A stretch of DNA of 64,000 bases from Vicugna vicugna. Lineage: Eukaryota. Shown here piece by piece: positions 39,764 through 53,090 of this stretch; within the stretch, counting starts at the first letter, position 1, and every line of letters starts with the position of its first letter. A model generated the notes under the pieces. That model saw only the letters and a program-made list of their open reading frames with translations. It was not told the DNA's origin and searched no databases. The position numbers and the translations under genes were made by a program. The DNA is taken from assembly GCA_013265495.1 (NCBI GenBank), contig MU061544.1:272214-336213 (forward strand), given 5' to 3'.

Positions 39764-42669
39764 CCTCAGCATAAAGCTAGCATCTTAATTAAGGGTGAAA
39801 TAAGAGAAGCACACCTACTAAAGGCAGAAGCTATATATTGATACTCACACCTATGTATTAATACAGTGGATGTATAAACCAATGTAATTAGAAAAGAGAA
39901 AACAAGTAAGATCATGAGAATTGAAATGAAGTGATGGAACTCTTTATTTGTACCTGATGCCATAGTGTACCCAAAATATCCAGGGGATGCAACGCTAAAG
40001 CTAATAATACAATAACAATACAATAGTAATAGTAAGCTAATCACTGGGAAATAAAATCAGCATGGAAAATACAGTATTGTTTATATGTATGAATAATAAT
40101 CAATTAGAAGGTATAATGGAATAAATACCCCCCTTAAAATAGTTATAAAAAAGGTAAAGCAAATTTTAAAGAGATACAATTATCAAATTTGAGTATGTTC
40201 AAAATATGTGCAGGGGAACCACAAATTTTTTTAAGAAAACAACAAAATACTTTTGAACAAATGGAAAGATATCAGTTCTTCTTGGGCAGTATGACTTATC
40301 ATGATGATGTCAATTCTTCCAAAACTGATATGTACATTTACACAAATCCAATAAAATTAACAGTACTTTTTCATAAAATAGACAAATTGATCTCAAATTT
40401 TATATGGAAAATAAATATGGTAAGTTGTAAAGGGGCAAGGTGGTGATTAGAATTATTATATATGAAAATACAGGAATTCCACAAATAAAACAATTTGATA
40501 AATGGACAGACAAGAGCAAGGTAGCAAAGTACAGAGGGAAGTTTCAAATATTTTAATAGAGGCGTAGAAATTGGATAGTCATTTAGAAAATGACAAAATT
40601 GGATCTATACCTTATACTACACATCAGAATACACTCTAAATATTTAAGAGATCTACATTTTAAAAAAAAAGAGAGAAACTACACAGATACTGCAATAAAA
40701 CATGTGTTAATTTCTTTATAACCAGAAATTTGCCAAATGCCTTTGAAGCATAATTTAAAATCCAAAACCAATAAATTAAAAGCTGGAAAAATTCAATCAC
40801 ATAAAGATAATAATAAAAATTAAAACAGGACAAAACTCCATGAATAAAGTAAAAAAAATAATGACAAACAATATAGAAGATATTTGTAACCTACGTTTTA
40901 GCCAAAGGGCTAATTTCTAGGCTTTCTTAAAAATGAAGAAGAAAAAGACCTTACACATAATAGAAAGAGAAAGACATAAATATATAGTTTTAAATATATA
41001 CTAGTTGTACCTCAAATTTACAAAAAAAATTTTTTACATATTATTCCTAATAAGAAAAATGCAAGTTAAAACTACACTAAAATCCAGTTTGTATCCTGTT
41101 AAAAAAAAAAAATCCCAAAGCACACTGGCCATATAAAGACACTGTTTACATTGCTAATGGGAGTGCAGAATTGTAAAACCTATATTGAAAGTAATTTGGT
41201 AATAAAATTAGTTTATATTGACAAAGTATTGAGAACAACTTAAATGGCCATATAAAGAACACGACTAGGATAAACTGTTACACCTACACAATGAAATTCC
41301 ATGTAATACAAAAACTAAAAGGTGTGTGTCTGAATTTAAAGATAGGCAGTGACTTATAGGATTAAGCAGGGGATGGGGAGGCTAGATGCAGAGCAGTGTA
41401 TACTGTAATCTCTCTTTAATTTAAGTAACAGGGGAAATACTAATAATATGTATTTGTTTACTTTCGTGGAAAGATATATAGGAAGAATAAATCAAGACTT
41501 AATGGAAATGCTATCACAGGTTTCAGGTGATAGATCAGGAGCATGATATATGAATGTACCTTTAATGTTCTTTAAATTTTTGAATCATGTAACCAGCTCA
41601 CATATTGAAATATGAAAGGAAATAAAAAGTTGAATAGAAAAGAAACTAGTAAAATTGAGTGTATATCAAATTGATAACATAACCACACAGAAAATAATTA
41701 TTTCCTGTAATTTTCAGCATACTAGTCTAACTGCAAAAACTACGAACATTTATGTTAGTAATATAGCAATTTTGAAACAATTTTATACATATTATAGTAT
41801 AAAACAAGAAAATGAATACATCAGAAGCCAACATTTTTACCGTAAGGAAAAAGAGATATAAATATAAACTATAATATTTTAAGAAACCCCTGTAATGATA
41901 AATTTGAATGGCAAATATCCAAACACATAATTTTGAAACATATATAATTAATTTCTAGTTTGTCCTTTGAAAGGACCTAGAGGAAATGTCACTTCAGTAG
42001 CAAGAGCTTCAGAGGCTCTTGGGAAAAATCTTCATTTTAGGTCTGCAAAAAGGGAGAGTATAACGTAAGCGTGGGACACCTTACCATGCCGATATGCAAG
42101 GCAGCACTAAAACAACTACTGAAGTCATGTCAATAAGACACGGGGACCAGCTTGAAGTGTTCAGAAAAGCCAAGTTGGGAACAATCTGAGCATCTAAAAG
42201 AGTAACTTTAATTTACTGTAATTAAATAAATTATAAAACATGGAAAAAATAAAAACCATACGTACAATGTGATAAACACAAAACCATACAAAAGAGAGAA
42301 GGGGAGTTTAAAGCTCTTCTTTAAAGAAAAAATGATGCCTTAAAAAAAGTACAGAGGATCTCAGAATTGGAAAAACCATGACTTTATAACTCCCACCCAT
42401 GGATAAGATCATCAAAGAATGCTAAAACCACTGGGTTAAAAGTTCTCGAGTTAGCCAAAAGTATTGATATGGACACACACACACACACACACACGATTTT
42501 TATGTTAACAGTATACTTTATATCCTTTCTCTTTCATTCTATGGAGAAAATATAAACAATTTTTGAATTTATGTGGATGATATGGAGGTCAGTATTATAT
42601 TAGTCTTTAAAATTTTCAGTTTGAAATTTTTCACTGTGGTAAGTTGGGGAAATCATATCATTTATAATA

Positions 42670-44630
42670 ACAACAACATATGGCCAATCCCATTATAAAT
42701 AATTTTTTAAAAGAAAGACATTAAATAAGACCTAAATAAATAGTGATATATATTACATTCATGCCCAAGAAGATTCAATAGCAGTAAGAGGTCACTTAAT
42801 CACTAATTAGTTTACAGATTCAATATAATTACAACATGGATTCCCAGAAGATTTTTCATTGAAATTGACAAGTTTGTTCATAAAATTACAAAGAACTAAA
42901 AGGTCCAAGAATGGCCAAGACATTCTCCCAAAAGAGCAAATGTGAGGATATGCTCTATCATAAATCAAAACTATTGGCAGAGTTATCCTAATAGAGATTA
43001 AGTGAATTTTGTGTTATTGTAGCAAATAAATGGCCCATAAAAACACAAGCTTATAAGTAAAGTTATTTTATGCTACAGTCAGCACTGACTACCTCTGAGG
43101 AAATATGGGTGGTGGAATAACTGGTGGTGAAATATGTGAAAGAATGCAATTTAATCCCTTTAAACCATTGAAAAAATTAATTCCATCATTATTAAAGACA
43201 ATTTTGAAAAGCAAAACTATGAAACTTTTCAAGTCAATATAAAATACATTTAATACATCAGATTCAAGGGAAAATTTCCTAAGATATAACAAGCACTAGC
43301 TGAAAAGAAAAAGGCTGGTAAATGTAACTTAAAACCATTAAGAAATTTTGTTAAGTGAAAGACTAGCACAAATCACAAGGAAATCTTTGCAATGTGTGTG
43401 ACTGACAGAAAATCATAATAAAGAATATAAAGGATCAAGAAGTACCCAAAAGATGAAAAATCTCAAAAGGAAAAAAAACCAACAGATATAAACAGAACCT
43501 TCATAGGAGATACACGTGACCCACAGTGTGTGTGTGTGTATGTGTGTGTATACGTACATACACATACATATATATATACACACACACATATATATTTTTT
43601 GGAGTATAGTTGATTTATAACATTCTGCTATATATTTTCAACCTCTTTCACAATCAGGGTAACAAAATTAAAATCACATGAAATGCAATATTATACCCTT
43701 TAGAAGTCAGTAAGAAATATGTTGGCCAATATGAAAAGCAATAGGCAATTTTATCCACTGCTGCTAAAAGTATAAATTGGTACAAATACTTGCTGCTTCT
43801 GGAACATTTTGGCATGGCATAAGAAAGTTGAACATGTGCATATACCAAAACCAGCAATGCTATTTCCATCTATATGCTCTAGTGATTAGTTTTTTCCCCT
43901 AAAAGGCTAGATAATTCATATTTAAAATTTTGTAGGCCATAGTGTCTCTATCACAAACACTCAACTCTCTTTTATTATAGCAAGAAACCAGCCATGGAGA
44001 AAATGTAAACAATGGAGGGTGGCAGTATTCCAATAAAACTTTCCTAAAATGTGACTTTCATATATCTTTCATGTATCATGAAATATTCTTTTGTTTAATT
44101 TAATAAATATAAAAATAATTCTTAGCTCATGGCTGGTACTTACACAGGCAGCAGGCTGGATCTGACTCATGAACCATAGTTTACCCACCCTACTACTTCC
44201 TATTCAGAGTGGTCCAAGGACCAGCAGTGATGAAATCATCCATAAGATGACAGAAATGCAGAATATCAGGCCCCATCCAAAACTTCCTGAATAAGAGTCT
44301 GCAATGGCCAACGCATTTAATGACAGTTGTATTCACATCAAAATTTATGAACCACTGCTCTAGGTAAGATCTTGCACAGACAAACTAGGAAACAGGAGCA
44401 AATTTTTTCATAGAAGTATTTGTTACAAATGAAACTGACTTAAAAAAAAACCTATGTCCATTAATAGAAGAATGGACAGATCAGTTATGCATATGCATAA
44501 AATGGAATACTACACGTTAATGTGTGCATTAACATGGTAAATCTCAAACATATAACACTGAGAAAAGGAAGCACATCACAGAATATCTGATATGACTATT
44601 TACATAAAGTCCAAAAAACAATACATTCTT
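42670..44630 (+). mobile_element. Old L1 ORF2 3' part, with MER58B and MER5A nested
   Basis: TACAGATTCAATATAATT...GAAATTGACAAG; AATAGAAGAATGGACAGA...AATGGAATACTAC. Confidence 0.65.
43880..44194. mobile_element. MER58B-like hAT MITE, followed by a MER5A-like copy (~44200-44360)
   Basis: GTAGGCCATAGTGTCTCTATCACAAACACTCAACTCT...TTCCAATAAAACTTT...CAGGCAGCAGGCTGGATCTG; then AGAAATGCAGAATATCAGGCCCCATCC. Confidence 0.75.
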
Positions 44631-44639
44631 TAAGAGTTT

Positions 44640-45265
44640 TTAACAACCTAAATGTCCATCAATGGATGAATGAATAAATAAAATGTGATATACACACACA
44701 TACACATACACAGCAGAATATTATTCAGCCTTAAAAAAGCAAAAATCCCATCATTTTCGACAACATAGATGAACCTGGAGGACACTATGCTAAGTAAAAT
44801 AAGGCAGATACAGAAAGATAAATACTGATATCACCTATATATAGAATCTGAAATAGGCAGACTCAGAATCAGAGAATAGAATCATAGAGTAGAATGGTGG
44901 CTGCCAGGGGCCAGAGGGAGGGAGAAATGTGGAGATGCTGGTCAAAGGGTACAAAGTTTTGCTTATAAGGATGAATAAATTGTGGAGATCTAATGTACAG
45001 CAGGGTGTCTATAGGTAACAACAAATTACACTACACTGTATTTTTGAAATTTAAAATTTGCTAAGAAGGTAAGTCTTTAGTGTTCTCACCACACACACAT
45101 ACACACACAGAAAGAAATGGTAACTATGTGAGGTGCTATGTTAATTAGCTTTACTGTGGTGATAATTTCATAAGGCATACATACATGAAAACATCAGGTT
45201 GTACACCTTAGATATAAACAATTTTTAATTATCAATTATACCACCAGAAAAGCTAAAAAAAAAAG
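44640..45265 (+). mobile_element. L1MA9/10-type 3' end
   Basis: ACAACCTAAATGTCCATCAATGGATGAAT...GATGAACCTGGAGGACACTATGCTAAG...GGTAACTATGTGAGGTG. Confidence 0.88.
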
Positions 45266-45547
45266 AATATCTAGATATGTGGAAAAACTAAAAGCAGAAA
45301 AATTGTTATGCAAAAATTAGGGAAATTTCTGCTTCTAGCCATGATAGAGTAAAAATAGTCATTTCACCTTAATCATCTTAAAAAATAGACAAAATAAATG
45401 AAACAAAAGTTTTCAGAAATTGGGCAATTCATAGCACAGTACAGCAATCCTTGAAAAACAGGAAACAAATTAGGTGAGCCCTATGATTGCCTTATTTTAC
45501 TGCCTAGAGCAAGTACCCAGGCTGCAGCTCACAGAAGTACAACTGAC

Positions 45548-46070
45548 CGTAATAGAGAAGAACAAATCTGATCTCATACTGGATCTGTTTCTTTTACTTT
45601 AACCTTTGTATTCTATTGCTTTTGCTGTAAGTTAATCACTAAAGGAATGTTGCCTATAGCTTAAAGTATACATAATGGCCCATGTCCTGCAACCCTGCTC
45701 TTGCACCCGAGTGTTAAGCTAAAATATATGTGTTTAAACTCACAGGAAACATCCTGACCAGGCCCATCTGGGAATGGCTGTAAGAAAGAATAAATTAATA
45801 CATCCTCTCCAGAGTCTGGCAGGAACCAGGAAATAAATGCAACAACTTATCCTTATCGTCTTTCTTACTTTGCCTCTTCACCTCCAACTCTTTGTTCTAT
45901 AAAAGAAACTACTATCCAAACCTGGGCAAAATGGTTCTTTGGGACACTTGTCTATCACTTCTCAGTCTGCTGGCTTTCCAAATAAAGTTGCTATTCCTTG
46001 CCTCAACAACTCATCTCTCAGTTTATTGGCCTGTAGTGTGGTGAGCAGCAGGAGTGTGGACTCAGCAACA
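45548..46070 (+). mobile_element. MER41-like ERV1 solo LTR
   Basis: TATAAAA at ~45898; TCTGCTGGCTTTCCAAATAAAGTTGCTATTCCTTG; ends CTCAGCAACA; TSD TGAC/TGAT (45544-45547 / 46071-46074). Confidence 0.85.
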
Positions 46071-48139
46071 TGATGCTGAGCCCTGCAGAACTTGAGGAGA
46101 AATATCTAAGAAAGAACCACTGGAAAGAAGCAGATAGAATTATCACCAAATCTTCTAGAGGGCCAGGAGTAGTTAGTGTTCCTCAGTATGAAAGAGAAAA
46201 AAATCTTGAATATTAAAAATCTAGAATACTAAGATGGATATATTCTCAGCAGTATTTTAAGTTGGATGGCTGATTATATATATCATAATATAAAATATAT
46301 ATTATTGATAATATTGATATAGATATTGAAAATGGTATCTATATATAATATATCCTTTATAACTATATATTACATTAAATATATCTCCTTTGTCCTTTTA
46401 AAATTAAATGCATTCATTTTTAGTTTATTGTTTTGATTAATGGAGATTTTTATAACTGAATTTGACAGTTAGGACATGTGAATGCCATTTCATTAATCCA
46501 ATGCCAAAGAAATAAAGTCTGTCACTTTTTCTTATAACTCTGTAATTCTTTGCAAATCAACAGAGAAGAAAGAGAATCTTACAAACAGCTGAAGCTGTCA
46601 TTGTCTCAAATTATTTTTTTTCCTAGTATCCACCTTGTTAATTTGGGGGAGAAAAGCAATTCTATATTGGAAAAGTCATCCTTTGATCTGACCCTGCATC
46701 ACCTGTCTATAATGTCTCCTCCTTATTCTGGCAGGGAAAAAAAGATCAGCGGGAAAAACAACAGATGGGAGGACCTCTTTTCTTGGTAATGATGCCTCTG
46801 TAATTCTGTGGGTTTGATAGAGGCTATCAGTCAACTGCTTCTAGACAGTTGGGGATTAAGAATATTTTAAATGTCTAGTTTATTCAATGTCAGTTTTCTG
46901 TTTTTAATGTACAGCTATGAAGGAATACCAGCTTCTTTCTCTTTTTTTAAACTAAAAGCTGGCTTTCACTTGGGTAGCACATCACACATAGTATTGCCAT
47001 CATTCCAATAACGGAGTGTCACTCTAACCTTTGAGTTTGAGAGGGCAAAAACAATTTCTACTACATTCTTTTTCTTAGCCAGTCTTCTTTTATCCTTCAC
47101 ATTTGGCTTGCTTGAGAAAGAATAGTATTTCTTAGATTTTTCGCTTGAAAAATCAAGGAATATAGTAACTAGGTATTGAAACAAATATCCGTAACAATTC
47201 AAATTCACAATTGCACCAGAGTCTGGTTATACCCATTTCTTAAAAATCTACAAAGCATTTTTTTTTTGTCTTAAAGGAAAAATCTTGTTTTTGCCTGAAA
47301 CATTTGAAAAACTATGTTAAATAAAATACAACCAGAATGAGAGGTTTATTTGTTCTGTGCTCCAAGATACTTCCTAGTATTTACTGTAATCTTTGTCACA
47401 ACTGAATTTGTAATTATTTGAGGAAGGAAAGTAGTATAGTAAACTGATAAAAATATGCTAAAGGATGAACAAATGAAAAACAGTATCTGAAAGAAAAAAA
47501 TATATTTTTGTTTCTGCCCTTAAAAGAAGCATCATAAACACAGTCAAGTTTAGTTACAAAAATCCCCATTAATAGAAATGACCAACTAGAAAAATAAAAT
47601 GTATTTAATTTTAAAAGGACAAATAAAATATATTTTAAAATAAGGAAGTAGCACAGTTAATACAACCTAATTATAGAAATAGGCATTACAACGTGTTGAA
47701 AAATCCCATCAGTACCGATAGATTTGGGAGAACTTCCCGCAGTGTGTATGGATTTAAGTTTTCATAACATACAGTTAAATGTCTCTTAATAAGCGAAGAA
47801 AAATTATTTCAATTGATTTAAGAATGTTTAATTTTTTTCAATGAATTAAGCACCAAAATAAAAAATAATCTAGGAAATTGTGAGAAGAGATCATCATATT
47901 TGAATTAAGTTTTGGAAAACAATTACATAAACTTTAAAATCAGTTGATAATTGCTTTGTCTTGATTTTGTGGGCTCATTTAAATTTAGTAATGATTTCCT
48001 CGTAAGGTATTTTCTCATTTTCCCCCTTTCTGAGGCCACTTCACTATAGTTTCTAGAAGAAATTATAATGTCTGATTTTTTTTTTAATGAAGGCAATATG
48101 TTCTTTGATATATTCTTCTTGATTAAAAATGAATTAGCT

Positions 48140-51089
48140 AATCATGCATACTTTACTTTAACACCTTAAATTTATGCTAAAATTAAGTACTCAAGGTATG
48201 CAGGGTATCTTTTTGTTATGGCAAAAAATAATTTTGTCCTTCAGTAAAATCACTAGTTGTTCAAGAATGAGAAAGAGGAAGTGTAAAATGAAATCTGAAT
48301 GGAAGGGGAAAGTTGCACAAGGTTTGCGGAAAAGGAGTTTTATTTTTCTTGGTCAAAGCTAGATAAGATTGGATGGATTTATTTATAAGATTTTTTAAAA
48401 AGAGATTTAGTATAAAATATTGTACTGATAAAAACCAGAATTTGGTTTTCTCTCCGTTAAAATGACAAATTTTTCTAGGACCATTGGGTCTTCTCTTAAT
48501 AAGAGACTGTAAAAGGTACTTTCTGTACTTTCTAAATAATCTGCCTAAAAGGCAAAGATTTTTGTCTTTTTGCAGAATAACATTCTGAGCTTTGTGTTGA
48601 CTTTATCATGTTCTGGATTATTTAAGAAAAGTCTTCTCACTTTTAAAAGAACTAAGATTTTATAAAATCATGTTACCACCTCTATTGACTTTTGAAATCT
48701 TTTATAGTCACTTTGGTTAAATAGGTAGCCAAATATTGCTTCTCAGTGACCCATGATCCCATTTAATCAAGTGTTCAAACGTGACAACTTTTGACATTTT
48801 GCACTCCAGAAAAACAAATCTAAATGATATCTTCTCGATCTCAAAATGTTTTTGAGATTTTTCCAGAGGCCCCCTGGAAAATCACAAAAGACGTTTTACC
48901 TTATAAAAAGAGAGGGGCTAGAAATAATTAGGTTTATTTGATGTTAGAGTTGTGTAGGAAGTGTTATCAAATCAGGAGAGATGTTTAACATTCCCTAGTT
49001 TAAATCTGTATGGGGAAAATATTACTAATGTAAATATTTCAGAAACTGTATGTTCTTAGAGATTTGTCAATGTCCTCACTGTCTGTGATATGTCCTGATG
49101 CTGCTTTGCCTGATATTAGACTATAAGAGTAGTGTTATTGATCATTTTATTGATCATGTTATTTTGATTACAAATTCAGCTATTTTTTAAAATATTGTAT
49201 AACAGAGAAACAACCAAATTTCCTTGTCAATTGCATTTATTTTTATAATTAAGTCTCATCAGATATTTAACTGTAGTTATTTTAAGTCTCTTGTCATCCA
49301 CAGATAATCTTCTCTGAGGCTTCCCAGAAAGTGTTTGCCATCAGGTCAGAAGGCTAGTCTACAACAAAAAAGACTCTGAGATCTGTGGAGAGGACTATGC
49401 CAAGCACTCTGGAGCACAGACTTCTGATAGCCTTGCTTAAATAACTGAGGCCAAATCACTGGACTGAGTCAGGATTTGCAGAACTTTAGTAGAGAAGTTG
49501 AGAGTCTTCTGATTCATGAGACTGCTGATTCAAGATGGAACCAAACAAGAATTAATTGCATAGGCCTGAGTGAAATTATAAAGGATGACTGTCAGTTTTG
49601 TTTGGAATACTGATGATATTCTATTTTCTGGGAAAGAAAACCACCCTTTTTTCTTTTTTCTTTAGCTAGAATGTATAATAATTTAGTAGATCATAATTTA
49701 CACACAGAGATAAAACTTTTTTTTTCTCCTGGTCTGATCCTTCCAGAATTCAGAAACTCCTACTGAATATTCTTCTTTTCATGGCAAAATAATTGTTTTC
49801 ATGGATTTAATAAGAGTCTGTTCTCAACAGAACATCACTGGAAACATTGGTTATATCACTAAGGCTTTGACTGGAATGCCGTATTTTAGAATGACGCTCA
49901 TGGAATCAAATTTCAGCACACACTCCTAAAGAGCTATGGTTGACTTTTTGAAGCCAATGCTTACAAAGTCCTCTTGGGAAAGCCCACCTGGCACCTGGCT
50001 TACAGGGTCCTCAGCCTTTCAGGTGGGTAAGGAAGTTTGCTTCCTGGCAGGCCCAGGAATCTTAAGTTATCTGAAGGCCTTGGAGAAGAGAGTAATTTAC
50101 CCAAATTAATAGGTACTGTAAGTGAAATCTGCAGTGAGTTCTTGGCTTGGGTTACTAGCCTTCAGAGGATTTTAAAAGTCTAATCTAAAATTGCTTATGA
50201 AAACTTCCAGCAAAGCGAGATTTAAAGGGCCTATTTAGTAAACTGCCATTCTTGCTGTACCCATGTAAATAATAAGACCAAATCTAATGAGACAGACTTA
50301 TTTTATGACCAAGAATAATCTTTCTTTGAGATTATCCTTGATGAAAAAGGGCATGACTGTGGAGAGAAATTTATATTTCAGTTGTAAACTATAGCACACT
50401 ATTGTGGGTTATCATATCCTGGCCCTGTTCATTGTCTTTGAGCTATTTGCACCTTTTTGTAAACTACATGGTTTTATTATCTCCCTGCACATTGGACCTG
50501 TCGTCTTGCACATATTGTCAAACATAACATCTGGCTTCGACTCTCCAAATGAACGTTTCCAGTTTTTCTCTCTCCCTCCTGACTTGGTATCACTGAGAAC
50601 TGAAACCTGACTGATCAGACCCCTATCGAGACTTTAGGTTGCCTTGAAGTTGGCCCTTTCTCTCAGGAGCTGAGGAAGCACTGAGAATTAAAGCCTGATG
50701 ACTTGATATATACACCAAAGGACTCATCCCTGCAACTGATTACACCTAGGCTGGATTTCTTCCTGGGAAAACCACTGTTTGGGTCACTAAACAAGTCTGG
50801 TAAAATGCTCAGATCATGCAAGTGGTTGTATGAGAGGTAACTGAGAGTGGGCAACATCACCAAGAACACTGATATCTTAGCTTCAATAAATTCAATAAGC
50901 AGTGCTGCATGACCAAAAGAGTCCCATCCACCAACCTCTTGGACAGCTTAATGTAATAACGTTTAATACAACATGTTATTTCTCTTTTTTACTTTAGGTA
51001 TCCCTCATTTATGATGCCTGGCACTAAAACAATTGATCTTTGCTAACACCCCTCAACAGATGGTTCAACCTATTCCGCAGGAACATGGC
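48140..51089 (+). mobile_element. ERV1 MER4-group internal sequence (MER31-int-like), 5'-truncated
   Basis: MER4-group internal motifs CCAGAATTTGGTTTTCTCT; CAGAGGCCCCCTGGAAAATCAC; GGCTTTGACTGGAATG; TTCCTGGCAGGCCCAGGAA. Confidence 0.75.
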
Positions 51090-51560
51090 TGAGAACAGTC
51101 TTCAGTCCCCTTGTTTATCTATGACAAGGCCAGACACAGACCCTTTAAATTCCTATTATTTTGTCTTGGTAATTAGCTGAACTGGTACTTCACTGATAAA
51201 TAGAAACAAAGCTTTTTCTCAAACCCAGACTTCTGGTCCAGCCTCAGTCTGAGTCAGCCTACAGCCCTTCTTAAAGTCTCCTCCAGAAAAACAGGTTGGT
51301 CTCAGGGTAAAACACTCTCTGATCCACTATCTGATCAAGCCATGCTTCCATTTCACTTTCCAAATCCAATTCTTTCTAGATTTGTTTACTCCTTTCTCTA
51401 AAAACAAAAACAAACAAACAAAGAACCATTTGCCTAACTCTTGAGATCCTTGCAGATCTTATGGTCACAACATTCTATTACAAAAGTGCTTGTCCTATTG
51501 TAACAGTCCCTTCTTTCTTACTTGCAATAAATTTTTTGAATAAAGTCTTTCCTTACTAAC
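51090..51560 (+). mobile_element. 3' LTR of the same ERV1 (MER31/MER67-like)
   Basis: GACAAGGCCAGACACAGACCC...TTTGTTTACTCC...TTGAATAAAGTCTTTCCTTAC. Confidence 0.65.
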
Positions 51561-53090
51561 AGAAAAATCAATTGACCATATATGTGTAGGTCTATTTCTG
51601 TACTTTATTGTATTCCATTACACTATGTGTCCATCCTTTCAACCAATAAAACATGGTCTTGATTACTGTGGTATATATTAACTTTTGAAATCAGGTTGCA
51701 ATTTCCCAACTTTCTTCCTTATTAAAAAAAAAATAGTATGTCTAGGATTTTTGCTTTTTCATATAAACTGTGGAATCATCTTGTCAAATTCTTCAAAAAC
51801 GTCTCTTGGGATTTTGAATAAGATTGCATTGAATCTTTAGATTAATGTGGGGAAAACTGACATCTTGACACATTGGATTTTTCAGTATGTGAACACAACT
51901 AGAGCTCTCATATATTTTTGGTGAAAATGCAAAATGGTATAGCAACCTTGGAAAATAATTGGGCAGTTTTTATGTTTTTAAATACATCCTTACCACATTT
52001 CCTACCCATTCTACATGCAGGATGTACCCAAGAGAAATAAATATATTTTTATAAACAAAAACTGTGACTGTTTATATCTGCTTCATTCATAATGGAAAAA
52101 AAAAACTGCAAACAACCCAAATAATCATCAGTGGGTGAATGGATAAACAAATTGTGATACACACATATGATGAAGGACTACTCAGCAACAAAATGAAACA
52201 ATTCACTGATACATGCAAAAACCTGCTAAATGAAAGAAGCCAGACCCCAAATCCTACAAACTGCACAATTCAATTTATATGACCTTCTGCAAAAGATAAA
52301 ACTAGAGACAGAAATAAGATTAGCAGTTTCCAGGGATGGAAGTGGAAGGGAGAGATTGACTACCAACTGGCATAAAGGTACCTTTTCAGGTGATAGGCAT
52401 GTGTTTATATCTTGATTCTGGTGACAGTTACATGATTCTCTTTTTCTTTTACATTTTTTATTGAGTTATAGTCATTTAACAATGTTGTGTCAAATTCCAT
52501 GTAGAACACAATTTTTCAGTTATACATGAACATACATATATTCATTGTCACATTGTTTTTTTTTGCTATGAGCTACCACAAGATCTTGTATATATTGCCC
52601 TGTGCTATACAGTATAATCTTGTTTATCTATTCTGCATATGCTTGTCAGTATCTACAAATTTTGAAATCCCAGTCTGTCCCTTCCCACCCCCTGCCCCCT
52701 TGGCAACCACAAGTTTGTATTCTATGTCTATGAGTCTGTTTCTGTTTTGTATTTATGTTCTTTTTTTTTTTTTTTCCTGACTCGCCATTTGGTCTCTAGC
52801 ACAATAAAGCAGATAGGGATTTCTGTTGATTCCCTTAAGCTGGAAGTCAGGTCTGCTAGAGGTAAGTAAGTATAACAAGCAGTAACTGTGAAGTGATGCT
52901 TGCAAGAAGTAGGGTTCCTTCTGGATATATGCCCAGAAGCGGGATTACTGGGTCATATGCTAAGTCTATTCCTAGTCTTTTGAGGAATGACAGTTACATG
53001 ATTGTATGAGATTGAAAGATTTCATGGAACTGTGCACCTAAACACAAGGTGAATTTTACTATGTAAATTATACTTTAATCAATGTAAGAA
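51561..53090. mobile_element. Old L1 fragments (minus 51561-51900; plus 51920-53090) hosting a young L1
   Basis: AAAATCAATTGACCATATATGTG (antisense ORF2); AAACAACCCAAAT...GTGAATGGATAAACAAATTGTG (sense 3' end). Confidence 0.75.
52438..52987 (-). mobile_element. Young camelid-type L1 3' end with an internal foreign segment
   Basis: Colinear with the 13930-14698 copy; exact 16-bp TSD TGACAGTTACATGATT (52422-52437 / 52988-53003). Confidence 0.92.

Larger units (their letters stand above)
35460..41640 (+). mobile_element. Long, very old L1 (L1ME-like) fossil: 5' region, ORF1, ORF2, with nested younger inserts
   Basis: Kilobases of A-rich sequence with L1 landmarks in order (ORF1-like ~36050-36450; endonuclease-region AGGCAAAACCCAAGGCTATGCTG ~36975; AAATTGGATCTATACCTTATACTACAC ~40600); no open frames. 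Confidence 0.65.

Noticed and set aside
46700..47208. Minus-strand acceptor at 46728 and the 80-aa Lys-rich ORF 46966-47208
   Set aside because: No convincing paired donor and acceptor, and no recognisable peptide
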